The notes beneath the pieces are model-generated. The model was given only the letters and a program-made list of their open reading frames with translations. It made no database searches and had not been told where the DNA came from. From positions 29,636,001 to 29,700,000 of the forward strand of contig NC_088856.1 in NCBI RefSeq assembly GCF_963853765.1: a stretch of DNA of 64,000 nucleotides. The letters are read 5' to 3'. The position numbers were made by a program, and so were the translations under genes. Below are positions 24,190 to 37,601 of this stretch, in pieces; position 1 is the stretch's first letter, and the number at the start of each line of letters is the position of its first letter. This DNA is from Magallana gigas (taxonomy: Eukaryota).

Positions 24190-27100
24190 ATGTCACTTTT
24201 TCTTTTTCTGTTTTGTTTTCGTGCAAGGCTTTAAGTGTCATTTTACATTAACCTTTCTTTTTAACAGCGTCAACAGCTCGAAGAAAAATAGCAATAATTG
24301 CCTTTGCGACACTACAAGAATCGTGCCTTAACGTTACAATCATGATGAAGAAACCTAATGTTACATAATACAGAGTCGCCATATATCTGTTTATATTCAT
24401 GCCCGCTACCCATTCATTGACGTGCTCTCTCATGCAGTTTTCCGTGTTAATAAAAGAATATATAAAATGCGTTGTATTATACAACAAATTGAAACTTTTA
24501 AAAGGAAGCCTAAAGGTTATTTTGTACCTTTCTTGTAACTGGCAAATTTTATTTCTCGTGTATGTCACGTTTTCTGGTTGTTGAACATGAAATGCATGTT
24601 CAATATTGCGAAAGAATGAACAATCAAACACACTTTCCATTAATATATGTTTTTATAAGCGTCGAATTTAAGGATTATAAGTAATTTATTATAATTAAAA
24701 AATTAGATGAAAATGTTCAAAGGTAATGATAAATGTATTTTAAGGGTCCAATCCATTTTTAATCTTTCATCAACAGAAATATTTCTTTTTTTTATCTGTG
24801 GATTAGAATTGAATAAGCCAGTTGGTTTTTAAAAACTACTAAGATTGGTACTTCGCTTAATTTTGTGAATCATTCTTATTAAGAATGAATTTTTATTCGT
24901 TTTAATTCGTGATTTCTGACATAAAAGTAAAATCTGGTTTACAAAGGATACCTTTGGGACAAAAATTATTGAAAATATGCATATGTTGTTACTTCTGAAC
25001 CATCAGATTCCTTAGTTCTGCACATCAAAACCAAAACATTCATGCTTACAAATAAACTAAATTCGCAAGACATTAGTTTCGTCAATTTATCTTAAACTGT
25101 TAGCTGCGGAACTGTATCTTCACGGGGAATTTTAGTTGACGGACCGTGAAGACACTCTTCCGTCAATACAAAAAATCAGTATATTTATTGCGCAAAAAAA
25201 AAAAATATTTAACTGATTTAGGAATACATTCGGTGAACATTTTAAAACGAAAACATTCCTGAGACATTTTACTACTGGTTCATTGGTTTACATGCCTCAA
25301 ATATTTTCCTAAACACTTTAACACTAACCCGTGGAGCTACATTGATGCGGCTCATGTACGTGTATTTGATAGTACACAGTCGATAATTCTTATTTTATAA
25401 TTTTGCAACTAACTTGGTATACGATGAAATTCTAACGATACTCTTAGATATAATTGGTATGTAATATCATATTTTTTCGCCAGTTAGACTATCATTGTTG
25501 TGAAACAAGACGGTCAGAATATCATATGACCTCAGTGCATAATATTCTGAATATCTGAGTAAGTATAACATAACCACTAGTATATACCCATCTAAAGGTT
25601 TTTATGTATGTGAATTTTACCCTTGAATTTCCCATGATTTAACAGTCTCTGATATATATCAACCATTTGGGTTGCATTATTTAATGTATTTCATGAGAAT
25701 TATAAAAAAAAAACCCAACTTAAATCCAATTAAATCATATTTGATTAAAAAAATTCAATAATACAAATGGAAGGAGTTATAGAACTTATATTGAAAATTC
25801 GCATTATATTGGCGCCTACTTACAATTGACACTATTTTCTCATACATGTACAGCCTACAGTTATATTCATATTTGTTCGGCGATTAGATTATTAAGCTAA
25901 AATCTAACTTACATTTTTACTAGAGACAAGATAGATAATGAAACGGCCAATTAAGATTATGTGTAGTAAGCAAACTAACTGCTTGCAAGCCTAATACTAT
26001 GTCTGTTGCTCTAAATAATGACTTCTATAAAATTGCCCTTAAGTATGATTTTTGTAATATATATGTATGAATATCTACCAATGCCATTAACTATTTGTTA
26101 TACAATATAATTTTTAATATATTTTTTTCACATACAAGTTTTACTAATTGATAAGTTTTTTAAAGTAGTTACTTTTCGTTATAAAACACATATTCTTTTA
26201 AACACTGAAATAAGATTTAATCCTTCCACCTTTTTGGGTTTTTTTTAAATATATGTAAAAGAAACAAAAACTTACCGAATAATTCTTTCATGATCATATT
26301 ATTCGCGTAAACCTCCAGTGTTTTTGTATAAAAATGTGATGCTTTTCTTCATACTACAAGACGTCCTAGTCTATTATAGGAGAGAGACAATCCGGGTGGG
26401 AGTTTCTCTGTCGTGAACTTCAATGACTGATGCCAGCGTGAATAGGGTTTAGATATATTTATCGATAAGTTTATATCATATTCTATTTTCTGGATAGCAT
26501 ACAAAACATTAAGGAGATCCAGGTATACTGCATGCATCAACTTCGTGTACACCAAACCCACTGACATTAAACATTTTTTATTTTTTTATTTCATTGCATT
26601 GAAATAAAAAATGAAATTGTTTTAAGTTACACAAAGAAAAAAATAGTTAAAAAATTATTTAAAATCCATCAGTAAATTCACTTAAAACTGTTTTATATAT
26701 TTTTATGATATGCGGAATGACTCTTATTTGAATAACTGAGATAAACAAAAATTGCGTGTATATAATCCCTTTTCTCTCAGATTTGTATAGTAACACATAA
26801 ATAACTTAATCAGGCACAAATCACATTTTACTCCATTTATGATACCCTGACTTGTACTTTTGTTATAAATTTTACCATACCAAACTTACGACCTAGTATA
26901 TACCGTTTAAACGATTGTGTCTTGTAAGTACGATCTACTATCTTACATAAATGACTTAATACCTAGCAGCTTGTTCTACTTACAATCAAAGGACTTGTAT
27001 ATTGTGTCGTAAATAAAACAAAGCTAATGTTACTTGTACATCTTTTTCTCATAATAAAATTTTACTACTTTGACCGATTGATTAATTAACTCGTTCTGCC

Positions 27101-28091
27101 ACCGCGACTTGCACTGTGGTTCGTTCATTTTTACGTCTTCGTATCTTGTACATGTACATACAACATTACTCCTAAGATTTACTTTATGTATATAAACATG
27201 TAAATTATAAAATAATATCTTATTATTTCGAGTTGTTATTTTATGTACGATGACTTAGATTATGTCCTTTGTACGACGTACTCATGATCAGGCTATAAAG
27301 ACTTATTTTATTGCTGTAAAGACTACGTATCTCGTATGTAAGACCTATTACTTTCCACGTATGACTTAACTACGTAATGATATCAACAAGCAGCAATTTG
27401 TTTTTGTAAATATCCTGGAAAAAATAGAAAAAAATGAGATTGGAAAGTAAAATTAGTTTAAAATGTAATTATTTAAAAGAAAAGACATCATAATCAGCGA
27501 TCACAATAATTCATGGTATCTTTTTGTTCTTGAGAACATTTATATAAAACCACTTTTTCAAAACCATTTTGTATTCATAAAGGCGAATCGAAGGAGAGAT
27601 AAATACTTAATCATAATTTGAAATGCATATGAGAAGTCAAAATGATATACACAAATTTGAGGAAAAGGTATTTTGAAGAAACATATATTTATAACTCTTG
27701 TTTAACGAGAGCAAGAGTTGACAGATAGATTTACATCATTTGACAAATTATGCCTGGAAGGGTTGATATATTTACAGCATTAATGATTATATTGAGTGCC
27801 TTAATATTTCGTATCGACTGAAGAGACATTTTTCATTTGACTCAAAATTTATCAAAAGTGATTTACAAAACATCTTTTTATGTTTTGCTTAAATGCTATG
27901 TCTGAATTTATCTTTTCTGAAAAATGATGTTAACTAAGACCTTTTTAATCATGTGTTTTAAATTATAAATGAAAAACTATAACACACTCACTATAAACTT
28001 TGAAGGCATACACGGATAAAGTGAAACCGAATAATCAATTTAGTACAATTGATGTTAATTCAAGACATGATAATTGAGACATTAAGTATTT

Positions 28092-28280
28092 TTAAAATCA
28101 GCATGCCTTAACAAATCCTATAGGTGTGTTACAGGTAGAGGTGATATTTTTGTAAGGCGTCATCTAGCAATTTGATAAAGATATCAATTATTTTTATCAA
28201 ATTGCTAGATGACGCCATACAAAAATATCACCTCTACCTGTAACACACCTTTAGGATTTGTTAAGGCATGCTGATTTTAA
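28092..28280. repeat. 189-bp near-perfect DNA palindrome (88-bp arms, 13-nt loop)
   Basis: 28092-28179 is the reverse complement of 28193-28280 with 2 mismatches; TTAA at both outer ends. Confidence 0.95.
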
Positions 28281-30991
28281 GGATCAGGTAATTACACTGA
28301 GAGAATGTACACAGTGATTGTTTTCAATAGAGCAGTAGGACAGACATACGAACCTGACATTTATTTATATCATTCCTGACCTGCTTCTGTGTTTGATTTG
28401 CATCGATTTGGAATATTGTGATTACACTGACGTCACTAATGACCATCATAGACGGTTAACGGACTAGCGATATATGTATTTGATTAGCATGTACTTTCTG
28501 TATACCTGTGCCTGTTTTCAATATGATGAGAAATAAATTGCAATCAGCACTACAAATACAAGCGCCGTATTTGGTAAAGAAAGATGGAAGAATAAATTCA
28601 AAGATGATTTTATATCCTTATTTTCTTTTATAAGTCCGTCTTTTTGCTTCCTTATGGTGTATTAAATATTGATATAAGAGATTAGATGGCTCTCTTATAT
28701 CCGACAAGGATGGTTAATCTTCAAGCCTACAGTTTGATGAAACATCGTTTTAAACCCACATACTTTTGGTTTACGTTCGTATCAGATAAAGAAATATCTC
28801 TCTCCTGTGACAAATAAAGAATGAAGCTCTCAGGTTACAATCCGGATGTTGACTATGTTAAGTCTGACAGCTGCTAGAGTGGAGTTGTCTTAAAAGATAT
28901 CAGTAACGTGACAATGGCGACAATTGTCCTTTGTTCCTTTGTCGATCAGACATCAATGTTATGACAGACACATTTTGTGTCATTCTTTCTAGTTTTTTTA
29001 AGCAGAAAGTCGAAGTTTTTTTTTCCGAAGTCGAAGTTTGTTTTTCTGATCAGAACTTGTTTGCCGTGGTACTTTCATATTTTCAATTTTTTTTACATAA
29101 ATATTGAACAATTATCGATGGAACTTGACATTAAGCATAAGTAAAAACGTTTGCAACAGTGGTTGCAAAAGGAGACACTCTATACTTTATACTCTTACTG
29201 ATATGTGGATGTATATATTGCATTTAAATCAAGGCATTAAGGTTTGGGATCGGAGTTCAATAGTCATCTGTTATGAAAATGGATTTTTAAAACGGTGATG
29301 TGTTCAAAAGCACGTAAATGAGGGCGTCTATCAACCAAAAAGGGATTTAAAGTTTGAGTTAAGAAATGAGTAAATAATTTAATAAAATTGCAACTACGTT
29401 TGCAAAAAACAAATGGGAATATAATGTGAATTAGCAAAAAGTAATAAATAAGCAACTTAGTGAATACATATAAGTTAAGAAAGAAAGCTGCAAGTAAAGT
29501 GGAACATTTTTTTGTTTTGGATGATTTAATTATTTTATGAATAAAAGAATTAAAATCCATAGGTTATTTTCTAATTCCATTCTATTCTAATTGATCAACA
29601 GATTTCGTGTACATATACACCTATTTATTGATACATGCGAGTTTTACAAATATATTATTTGAGTTTGACTTTTAGAAATATAGAAGTGTAGGAAAATTGA
29701 AATAATCTTTTCAAAATATTGGTAAAATCGAAAAAATCAAAATACATTTCCTACGTGTATATTTTTTTCCTTGTGTAATGTTAATATCACTGATAATCCG
29801 AAGATTAATCAAAGGAAATTTTTCAAAATAAGAGAAAGACGACAAAAAGTATAATAAATTAATAGATATATGCAAATATCCGTCCCTCAGTTATGTAAAT
29901 TAAAGAAAAATTGATATGTTGTTATAATATAAATCAATAATGGTTGTTTAATATTCACAATATTAATTTGTGTACTTGAAAAATAATATTTAAACCAACA
30001 GTGTTCATAATTATCAGACAGGAAGATCTATTTAAACAAATTGATCAATAAACACATTGTTCTTTTTGCGTTACTATATACATATCTCTCACGATTCTCA
30101 CCCATGTTTATGACTTGTTATAAACGTAACCCCTTTAATTCAAAAAACCTTGATTTGGTATTTTATTAGGATACTGTAAAGTCATTTTATTAGGCGAGGA
30201 CTTAATTAGACGATCCCGCTGTTTTATATCAAATCGCGAGAATATAAAATCACGAACGCCAGATATTTATCTTTATTTATTATAGTTCTTAACTTTAAGA
30301 AAATAATATTAAGATTTCAAAATCTGCAAACTTAAGGGTTGATCCCGTAATTTTACGAGAAAAGTAATTCCTCGCATTTGATTAGGAAACTAAAGTATTA
30401 AACGCAATGATAACTTTCAATTTGTCCAAAATTAGTGATTGCCTAGTTTTTTAGTGTCTATCCACCTTTTTATGGACAGGCATTTTTTATGCTTGTTTTT
30501 ACCAATGTCTATAGTAGGGGGTATGTCAGGTATTTTGTTTGTACATTGTTGCATAATATTTACTAGTCCTTTGCCCTTATATCTTGTGCTTTGTGTTGAT
30601 TTTTATTTTCCATATGTGTGCATTATTAATGGGGTCATGATTGCATTCAGCACCACATGTCTTATTACTATGTAACTTATTTATAAATGCCCCCTGCTTT
30701 GTATATATTTTTTTCGTCATTTACTAAATAAATTACATTTTTCATTTTTACACATGTGTTCTGTTTTATGTCTGCTAGGCCAAAAATCAAGCTCAGCCTC
30801 TTTGTCAAGGTTTAAAAGCAAAGAAACTAAAATGCTTTCATTTTCTCAATAGTACAACTGGTAAATCAGTTTTTGTAATTTGGTGGGTTTTTTTTAAATT
30901 TTTGGTTACAGACAGCACCTTCAGTAGTTTGCGCAAACACATGCATGTACGTATATGTATGTTAATAGATCTGAAGAATGATAAATACTAG

Positions 30992-31185
30992 TACTGTATA
31001 CGGGGAAATATTCGTCCCCGTTTTTCCCATTTCGCCCTCGTTGCCAGCGGGCAAATTATAGACTAGGAAAATATCAATGTTACAAGTTATTTCTTTGGTA
31101 CCCGAGCTTGTCTTTAAATTCTAAAGAGGGGAAAACTGTCTGCAAGTGTAGAAGGGCGAAAATAACGAGGAGAAAATAACTTTTT
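30992..31185. repeat. Dispersed repeat fragment (MITE-like); relative at ~57025-57175
   Basis: Shared TTTCGCCCTCGTTG(C/T)CAGC(G/T)GGCA..TTA..GAC and GCAAGTG(T/A)AGAAGGGCGA-like segments. Confidence 0.5.
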
Positions 31186-31488
31186 ATAAACTAAAGCAAA
31201 CCAGAAAAATCAGACCATATTTAAACAGATTATGCGATTTCTGATATTATTAACAAAATACATTTGTTTCAAAATCAAACTAAACGATTTTTTTAAAAAT
31301 ACAAATTCACAAATTACTCAAATTTGCAATTCAAAAGATAAAAACAAACTTGAACTACTTGAAATAATTATTCTTAAATATTTAATTACTTTACGGGTGT
31401 ACGATTTTAAAAATCTTGATATGCTTAGGAGTACCGTTTTGTTGAGAAAAAAAGAAGAAAGTTTAAGCTCAACTGAGACAAAAGTGCA

Positions 31489-31813
31489 ATAGACCAATCC
31501 ACACTTTACAAAAGTTATGTCCCTTGCTGCCATCTTTGAGGAAAAAATCATATATTTCTCACAATAGCCTTTGAACTTTAGAGTGTTGTAACTTTGTCAT
31601 TTGACAATAGAAATCCGTTTCCGCTGTGAATTTTGATTGCCCACAGTTGGGGCAACACACAAATTGAAGGAAGAAATTAAATTCAAAGAGATTTTTTTCA
31701 CAGGACGCCCAAATATTTGGTTGAATAAAGAAGGGAAAATTTGTTTTTCCCTTTTGACCTTTGGGTTGATCCCCCAAAGGGGAACAACTTTTGCAAAGTG
31801 TGGATTGGACTAT
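31489..31813. mobile_element. 325-bp MITE, ~28-bp TIR (ATAG...CTAT), copy 1
   Basis: ATAGACCAATCCACACTTTACAAAAGTT / AACTTTTGCAAAGTGTGGATTGGACTAT; full-length inverted homologue at 34628-34951. No clear TSD. Confidence 0.8.
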
Positions 31814-31819
31814 TAGGCT

Positions 31820-31900
31820 TTGATTATCAAAATTTGTCCTTTGCCGATCGCTGTCGCTGTCGTCATTGCCTTTAACTTTTCACATTTTTTTTTTTTTCCT
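31820..31900 (+). mobile_element. Possible degenerate left end of a Helitron/HINE-type (Pearl/CvA-like) bivalve repeat
   Basis: ATCAAAATTTGTCC, then GTC-type microrepeats, then AACTTTTCACATTTT. Resemblance is from memory of oyster repeats; needs a repeat-library search. Confidence 0.3.
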
Positions 31901-32040
31901 TTGGGATCCTGAACATTTTTTCGACGATCGCAATAAGTCGGGTCCTCATACAATGATAGAGAATTAATGAATACTTAAAACATAAAGAACATGGGAAATT
32001 CGCAGATATTTTTTTAACCAAATTTTGCCATTTTTTAAAA

Positions 32041-32174
32041 NNNNNNNNNNNNNNNNNNNNNNNNNNNNNNNNNNNNNNNNNNNNNNNNNNNNNNNNNNNN
32101 NNNNNNNNNNNNNNNNNNNNNNNNNNNNNNNNNNNNNNNNNNNNNNNNNNNNNNNNNNNNNNNNNNNNNNNNNN
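32041..32174. other. Assembly gap (N134)
   Basis: N run. Confidence 1.
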
Positions 32175-34394
32175 AGGAGACAATTGAAACTGGTTACAAC
32201 GTGATTAAGCGTTGTATTTTTATACGTATAAACACAATCTGATATCTTTTCCAGCACAGGTATGTAAAACTCTAAAATAAACAGACCATAATTGCATCAA
32301 TTTTTACATACCACCATTACATAATTCGTAAACGAGCAATGAAATTTCTGAAATATCTGCTTTATCCATCCCTACATATACCTCGTAAATATCATTTAAT
32401 TATCTCAGTATTGCAGAGTAAGCTATTTTATGTGTTGAAAGAAATCAATGAAATAGCGTACAAATACATTTCAGAGAGCACCCAGAGTAGTTTGCGTTAT
32501 TTACAGAGGAAGCATGCATCATCCGGGTAACTTCGATCTTACCTTTGGTTGGAATGTTAAAATGATCATCTTTATTTTTAAAAGATAAAAATAGGGGGAA
32601 ATGAATGCTAAGCTGCCAGACATAAAGGATATGTGACATATCTAAAACTGATGAATTGTTTAAACGTGCAGAGACAGAAATACGGTTTTTGTAAAATCAT
32701 CAGCTTAAAAGGAAGGTTTGACAAGCCAATATTTCGCATTTAAGCTCTCGAATAGATGGCCTTGAATATAATTTGTAATAAATAACATGATTTGGTATTT
32801 CTCATTTGATATCCATGTAGTTGATTTATTTTAATTTGGTTTTGTCAACTGTAGTGTAAATGGCATAGTTTATATTTAATTGTAATCTTGCTTTGGTTTT
32901 TGGTTTATTTTTTATTGGAAAGCAGAGCAAGTGCATTGGCTTAAAGTATAGACCACATTCGGATTTGTACGCGCTGCACTCAATTTGTTTGCACGACCTG
33001 GTGTGGTATAGGACTGACGGTATCCAAAAATAAGCATTCAATGCCTAAATGTGCGAATGTTTTTGACATAATTATTATTTGCGTCATCGAGCAATATCAC
33101 AGCTTATTTCTGTGTTTTCCCTAGGTCGACTATAAAGTTATCACCTTTGTCTGCTCCGCATACGTCATATATATTAGATTTCATGAATTAGGACTATCTG
33201 TCAATAGTAAATGATATACGTTTAACGAACCAATAAATCCCATTATAATATGGTACAGAGAATACCATGACAATACATGTGTTCAATATATGTATGAGGT
33301 TTGAATACCATTTCGACATCATATGGTCTGTTGTTCACATAACACAATTTGGCCATGCGCCATGACCTCAGATTTTGAATATTCCGGGATAAGCGGAATT
33401 AAATTTAGTATATTGATTTAAAGTTCATTAGAATTATTGCAAAGGTATCTCTAACTTTGGTGATTATTTGGCACTAAGTACAACAGCAATGACAGAAATC
33501 TTCGTTGTGTTTTTTTTTAATTTACCCATGCATTAAAGAATCAGAGGCAATAATTATCAAGGTCGGTGTATTATAAGTTTTAAAACTAGCTTCAGAGTTT
33601 TAAATGAATCAACGGGTAATGAGATCATTTTCAACTGTTTCTTCAGTCAGAATTATATAGATAACTGACAATTAATTAAAGTACTATACTGTCTAATACT
33701 GTAATACTGAATACCGTACTTTAGTGTAGTTAAAACAATTGAATACTATAATAGTCACGTTTTAGACAGAACCAAGAACCACAGTTTTGCTATTTCATTA
33801 GCCTTGTCAGTCTTATAGAATGGTTTCCGAAAAGCATTATTCGAACGATATCATTTTTTCAGACCGAGAGTAAACCCCACGTACACCGCAAAAGTTAACT
33901 CGAAGTTAACATGTAGTTGGGGTCCGTTCTGGTGTTAGGTTGGGTCCGGTTGGTACCTTCAAGTTTTTTCCAATCAAAATGTCTGACATCGTGTAGAGAA
34001 GATTGTAAAGTTATTTCACATCAACACAAAGTAAATGTAAGTCACTAGATTGTTTTATTGCTTAGTTTTAGTAAAATAATGTCATCTAATTTGTTTTACA
34101 TGTAATTTCGTATGTTAATAAAAGAAATGTGTTGTACATCCCACCTATAATAAAAACAATCATAATGGTAAAATATGAAGTATTGTTTTCATTTTTTACG
34201 TACATGGTACATTATACAGATTCTAAAATATTTATACCATCACCATGCTGAAAACTGACATGAACTGTGTTAAATAGCTAGGGCTTTAATTGCTTTTTTG
34301 TCTCTTTCATTTTTTTTAGTAAAACAGAGGAGACGATGAATAATTAGATTATTTTTCAGAAAGACAATTCTTCGCCTGATGATCGTCTGATTTG

Positions 34395-35967
34395 TTATGT
34401 GTACTGTATCTCCAAGGGAATGTTAGCGGCCTCGACCTCAGCATCAACAGCCTCACTCTGAGCTACTTTTAACCAGTTTTTCCAGTCGCCAGCTTCACCT
34501 GAAATTATGTTAATGTAAGACACATCAGCAGTTTTAAAAATACTTAGTTAGATTATCAGAAAGCTATAAAACAGGGCCATTTTCAATCTGTCGTTACTTT
34601 ATAACAATAATTTTAAAACAATGTACCATAGTCAAATCCACACTTTGCAAAAGTTGTTCCCCTTTTAGGGTCAACTCAAAGGTCAAAAGGGAAAAAACAA
34701 CTCTTCCCTTCTTTATGCAACCAAATATTTGGGCGACCTGTGAAGAAATCTCTTGGAATTTAGTTTATTCCTTCAATGTGCGAGTTGCCTCAACTTGGGG
34801 CAATACAATTCAAAGCGGAAACGGATTTCTAATGTCAAATGACGAAGTTACAACCCTCTAAACTACAAAGGCTACTGTGAGAAATATATGGGTTTTTCCC
34901 CAAAGATGGCGGCCAAGGGACATAACTTTTGTTAAGTGTGGATTGGTCTATATATTCCATTCCATTCCGCTTTGCTTATTTCAACAATCACTCATTGACA
35001 ACCCAAAGATAAAATCACTATCGCCTCTTCGACCCAAAACCCCCAATGCTCCATACAAATAACAAAAGCAAACGTAAAGAAAAAATAAGCCAAGAAAAAT
35101 TCACATTACTTTCGCTTCAAATCAATTATATAGGTCTCTGTATATGTAATATCTGCAATCCTGCGTGTACCTGGGGAAAATGGTCGATATTTTCTAATGT
35201 ATTACCTTTTCTGTACATAATATGTTTGTCCCTAACATCTGTCACCATGCGCATGTTTTCTGGAATGTTGTTGTTCTTAAATTTGGACATAGTTTGAAAT
35301 TCACATTTGTTTGCTATTTCCTCTATCAATTCTGCACTGGGCTTAAGTTCTAGGAAGTCAGCAATCATTTTAACATGGGCTTTTAGGTCCTGGAAAGAAA
35401 ACAATGTTTTGTAGAATGTTTTGTAGTCATAAGGGCTTCATTGTGTGCAAGAATAAAGCACTGAAAAGTAAATATATAGCTTAAATTGACAGTATCTTTT
35501 GAAATGTTTCTGGTTGCATTAAAATAGATGTTACAACTCTAAAACATGTAATGATAATGCAACCCTTCAGATGAGACTTGTTTCAACCTACTTTCTTCAT
35601 CTTCTCGTAGCAAATGTTTAAAATGGGGTATGTAGGATTCTCATCTTTGAAATCTGACCAAGCCTTCACAAACTTTGTCCAAAGGCCACCAGGCACTGAA
35701 AGGCAGAAATTGAAAATTAGATATTTTTCGAACAATACGTCTTGTCGATTTAACTAATCAATAAATCTTTGAAGATAAACCTGCTTTATGGATTATTGCA
35801 TTCGACCTTATAGAGCGCTGTTTTAAGACAAATAAAATCAATGAAACTTAAACGCACTAGAGGAAACAGTTTTTGTTTTACATTCATTTAACAGTTAGGA
35901 GAACTTCCGGTAACAATAGTCGTAGGTTCTACTTTTAAAAGAACAAGTGCATGTATTTTTAAACCAT

Positions 35968-36034
<67 letters not shown>

Positions 36035-36916
36035 CGATCGATCGATCGATCGATCGGTAGATAAATATGTTGTTTAGCTTACACTGGTCTGTGATATATA
36101 ATTCGAAAAACACATCGAATTCCATGTCTTGCATCATAGCCCCATCTTTGGTTTTCTTGATGAAATTAAAAAACGAGACAATCACGTCTTTGGGATTCCT
36201 GTATATGTGAACGAGTTTACAGCGCTTTTGAATAGCATTTTTGGGCATGTGTCGGGGCAGGAGATGCGCTACTAGAACACCATCGGGCACCTGCATGAGT
36301 TTTTCTGCTGGCAACATGCCAACCAAAGGTGGGACGTGTTTAGTAAACTCAGCTCTATTGTTTCTCAGCATGTCCACAATTTCATAGCACCAGTGGGTTC
36401 CTATAGATAGAAATGATAAGCTATTTAAAAATAAATGCTATTAAATGACGTGAAAATGTAGAAGAAAAAGTTTTATAGATATGTTGAGAACATTTTGTTA
36501 AACGATTGCAAGAACATCAAAATTCTAATACGGTGAAAAATCGTCACACGCCAAAAAAAAAGAAAAAGAAAAGTTTTTGTCAATGATTATAAATATTTCA
36601 AAAAATAACGGAAATAAATTAAGTTTTCGCATGAATTTGAAATTATCTCAGAGGGAGTTACCGTATACTGTTTCTTGTAACTTATCAAAATCTGATGAAT
36701 AAAGTCAAGTCAATGTAACGAAACGTCACTTAGCTACTTACCAGATTTTGGATATGACACAACAAAAACATCGCTTTCCTTTAACGTTGCTTCGTTCAGT
36801 GCTTTCAGGCTATTCAATACGTTGCCAAAGACATTTACTGGAAAGCGGGCTCCTTCATACTCAACAACTCGAAATACAACTTTTCCATCGGGATCTTTAA
36901 CTTCTTTCTCAGTCAT
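34395..36916 (-). CDS. Cytosolic sulfotransferase (Sulfotransfer_1 family), copy 1, 294 aa
   Basis: complement(join(34395..34498,35206..35389,35592..35695,36083..36400,36742..36916)) = 885 nt, GT-AG introns, in frame. Motifs: 5'-PSB SYPKSGTHW (split by intron 1), catalytic His in VAHLLP, 3'-PB YRNPKDVIVS, YEKMKK, and RKGEAGDWKNW. Confidence 0.95.
34628..34951. mobile_element. 324-bp MITE, copy 2 (inverted), in intron 4 of SULT copy 1
   Basis: Reverse-complement homologue of 31489-31813. Intron 4 is 707 bp in copy 1 vs 384 and 379 bp in copies 2 and 3; 707-324 = 383. Confidence 0.85.
35969..36056. repeat. Compound (CT)n-(CGAT)5 microsatellite in SULT copy 1 intron 2
   Basis: Direct reading; shorter (CT)n at the same intron position in copies 2 (~44996-45012) and 3 (~53271-53320). 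Confidence 0.95.
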
Positions 36917-37601
36917 TGTTATAAAATGATTGATACTGTAAGTTTTTTATGCTGAAAACGAAATAAATTATGTTATGAGCTCAAGAACGGCGATACAATA
37001 TATCACATTATATCACAACTTTAATCAAAATCATTATGCATTTTAATTCCAACGTTAACCTAAAATAAGAAAAGGAAAAAATTCCCAGCTATTGTGTTAC
37101 TATCATCAGGTCTCATTGACCCTCTGATATTATTTTTATTATACATAATTTTAATGTAATATATCATTTCTAAAACTTACGCAAAAATAGTTCTTTTTGG
37201 TTAAATGCTTTTTACTACAATTCTCAACTAAGTCTCTGTTTAACTAGTGTCAAGCGTTTACAATATCTTTTATTCAATAAATAAGACACGATAAGAAGTT
37301 AGGTACATGTATATTAACACCATTCAATGCCACGAGGAATTTCGGATGATTTGCTAACAAACAACTTTTACGGAGTCACATGACAATCAATTAAGAAAGC
37401 CTTTTGATGTCCCCTTTACTCAATTGCTGTCAGGATTACGGATTAGCGCTGCTTTTGTTTAGTCCACGCTACATCCCTCCTTTCGGGTATGAGGCCCCCG
37501 ACAGGGAAATTATTGTGTTTTCTTTTTAACTTTAATATTGTAAACCTATCGTGAACCCTACCGTGACCAAGAGGAATTTTTGCATCAAAGCCCACCGCGT
37601 C

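Noticed and set aside
28765-28805. Isolated 41-nt minus-strand exon-like segment with good acceptor and donor
   Set aside because: No partner exons or recognisable peptide found.
30439-30675. Hydrophobic 78-aa ORF resembling a membrane protein
   Set aside because: TTG start in T-rich low-complexity DNA; hydrophobicity follows from base composition.
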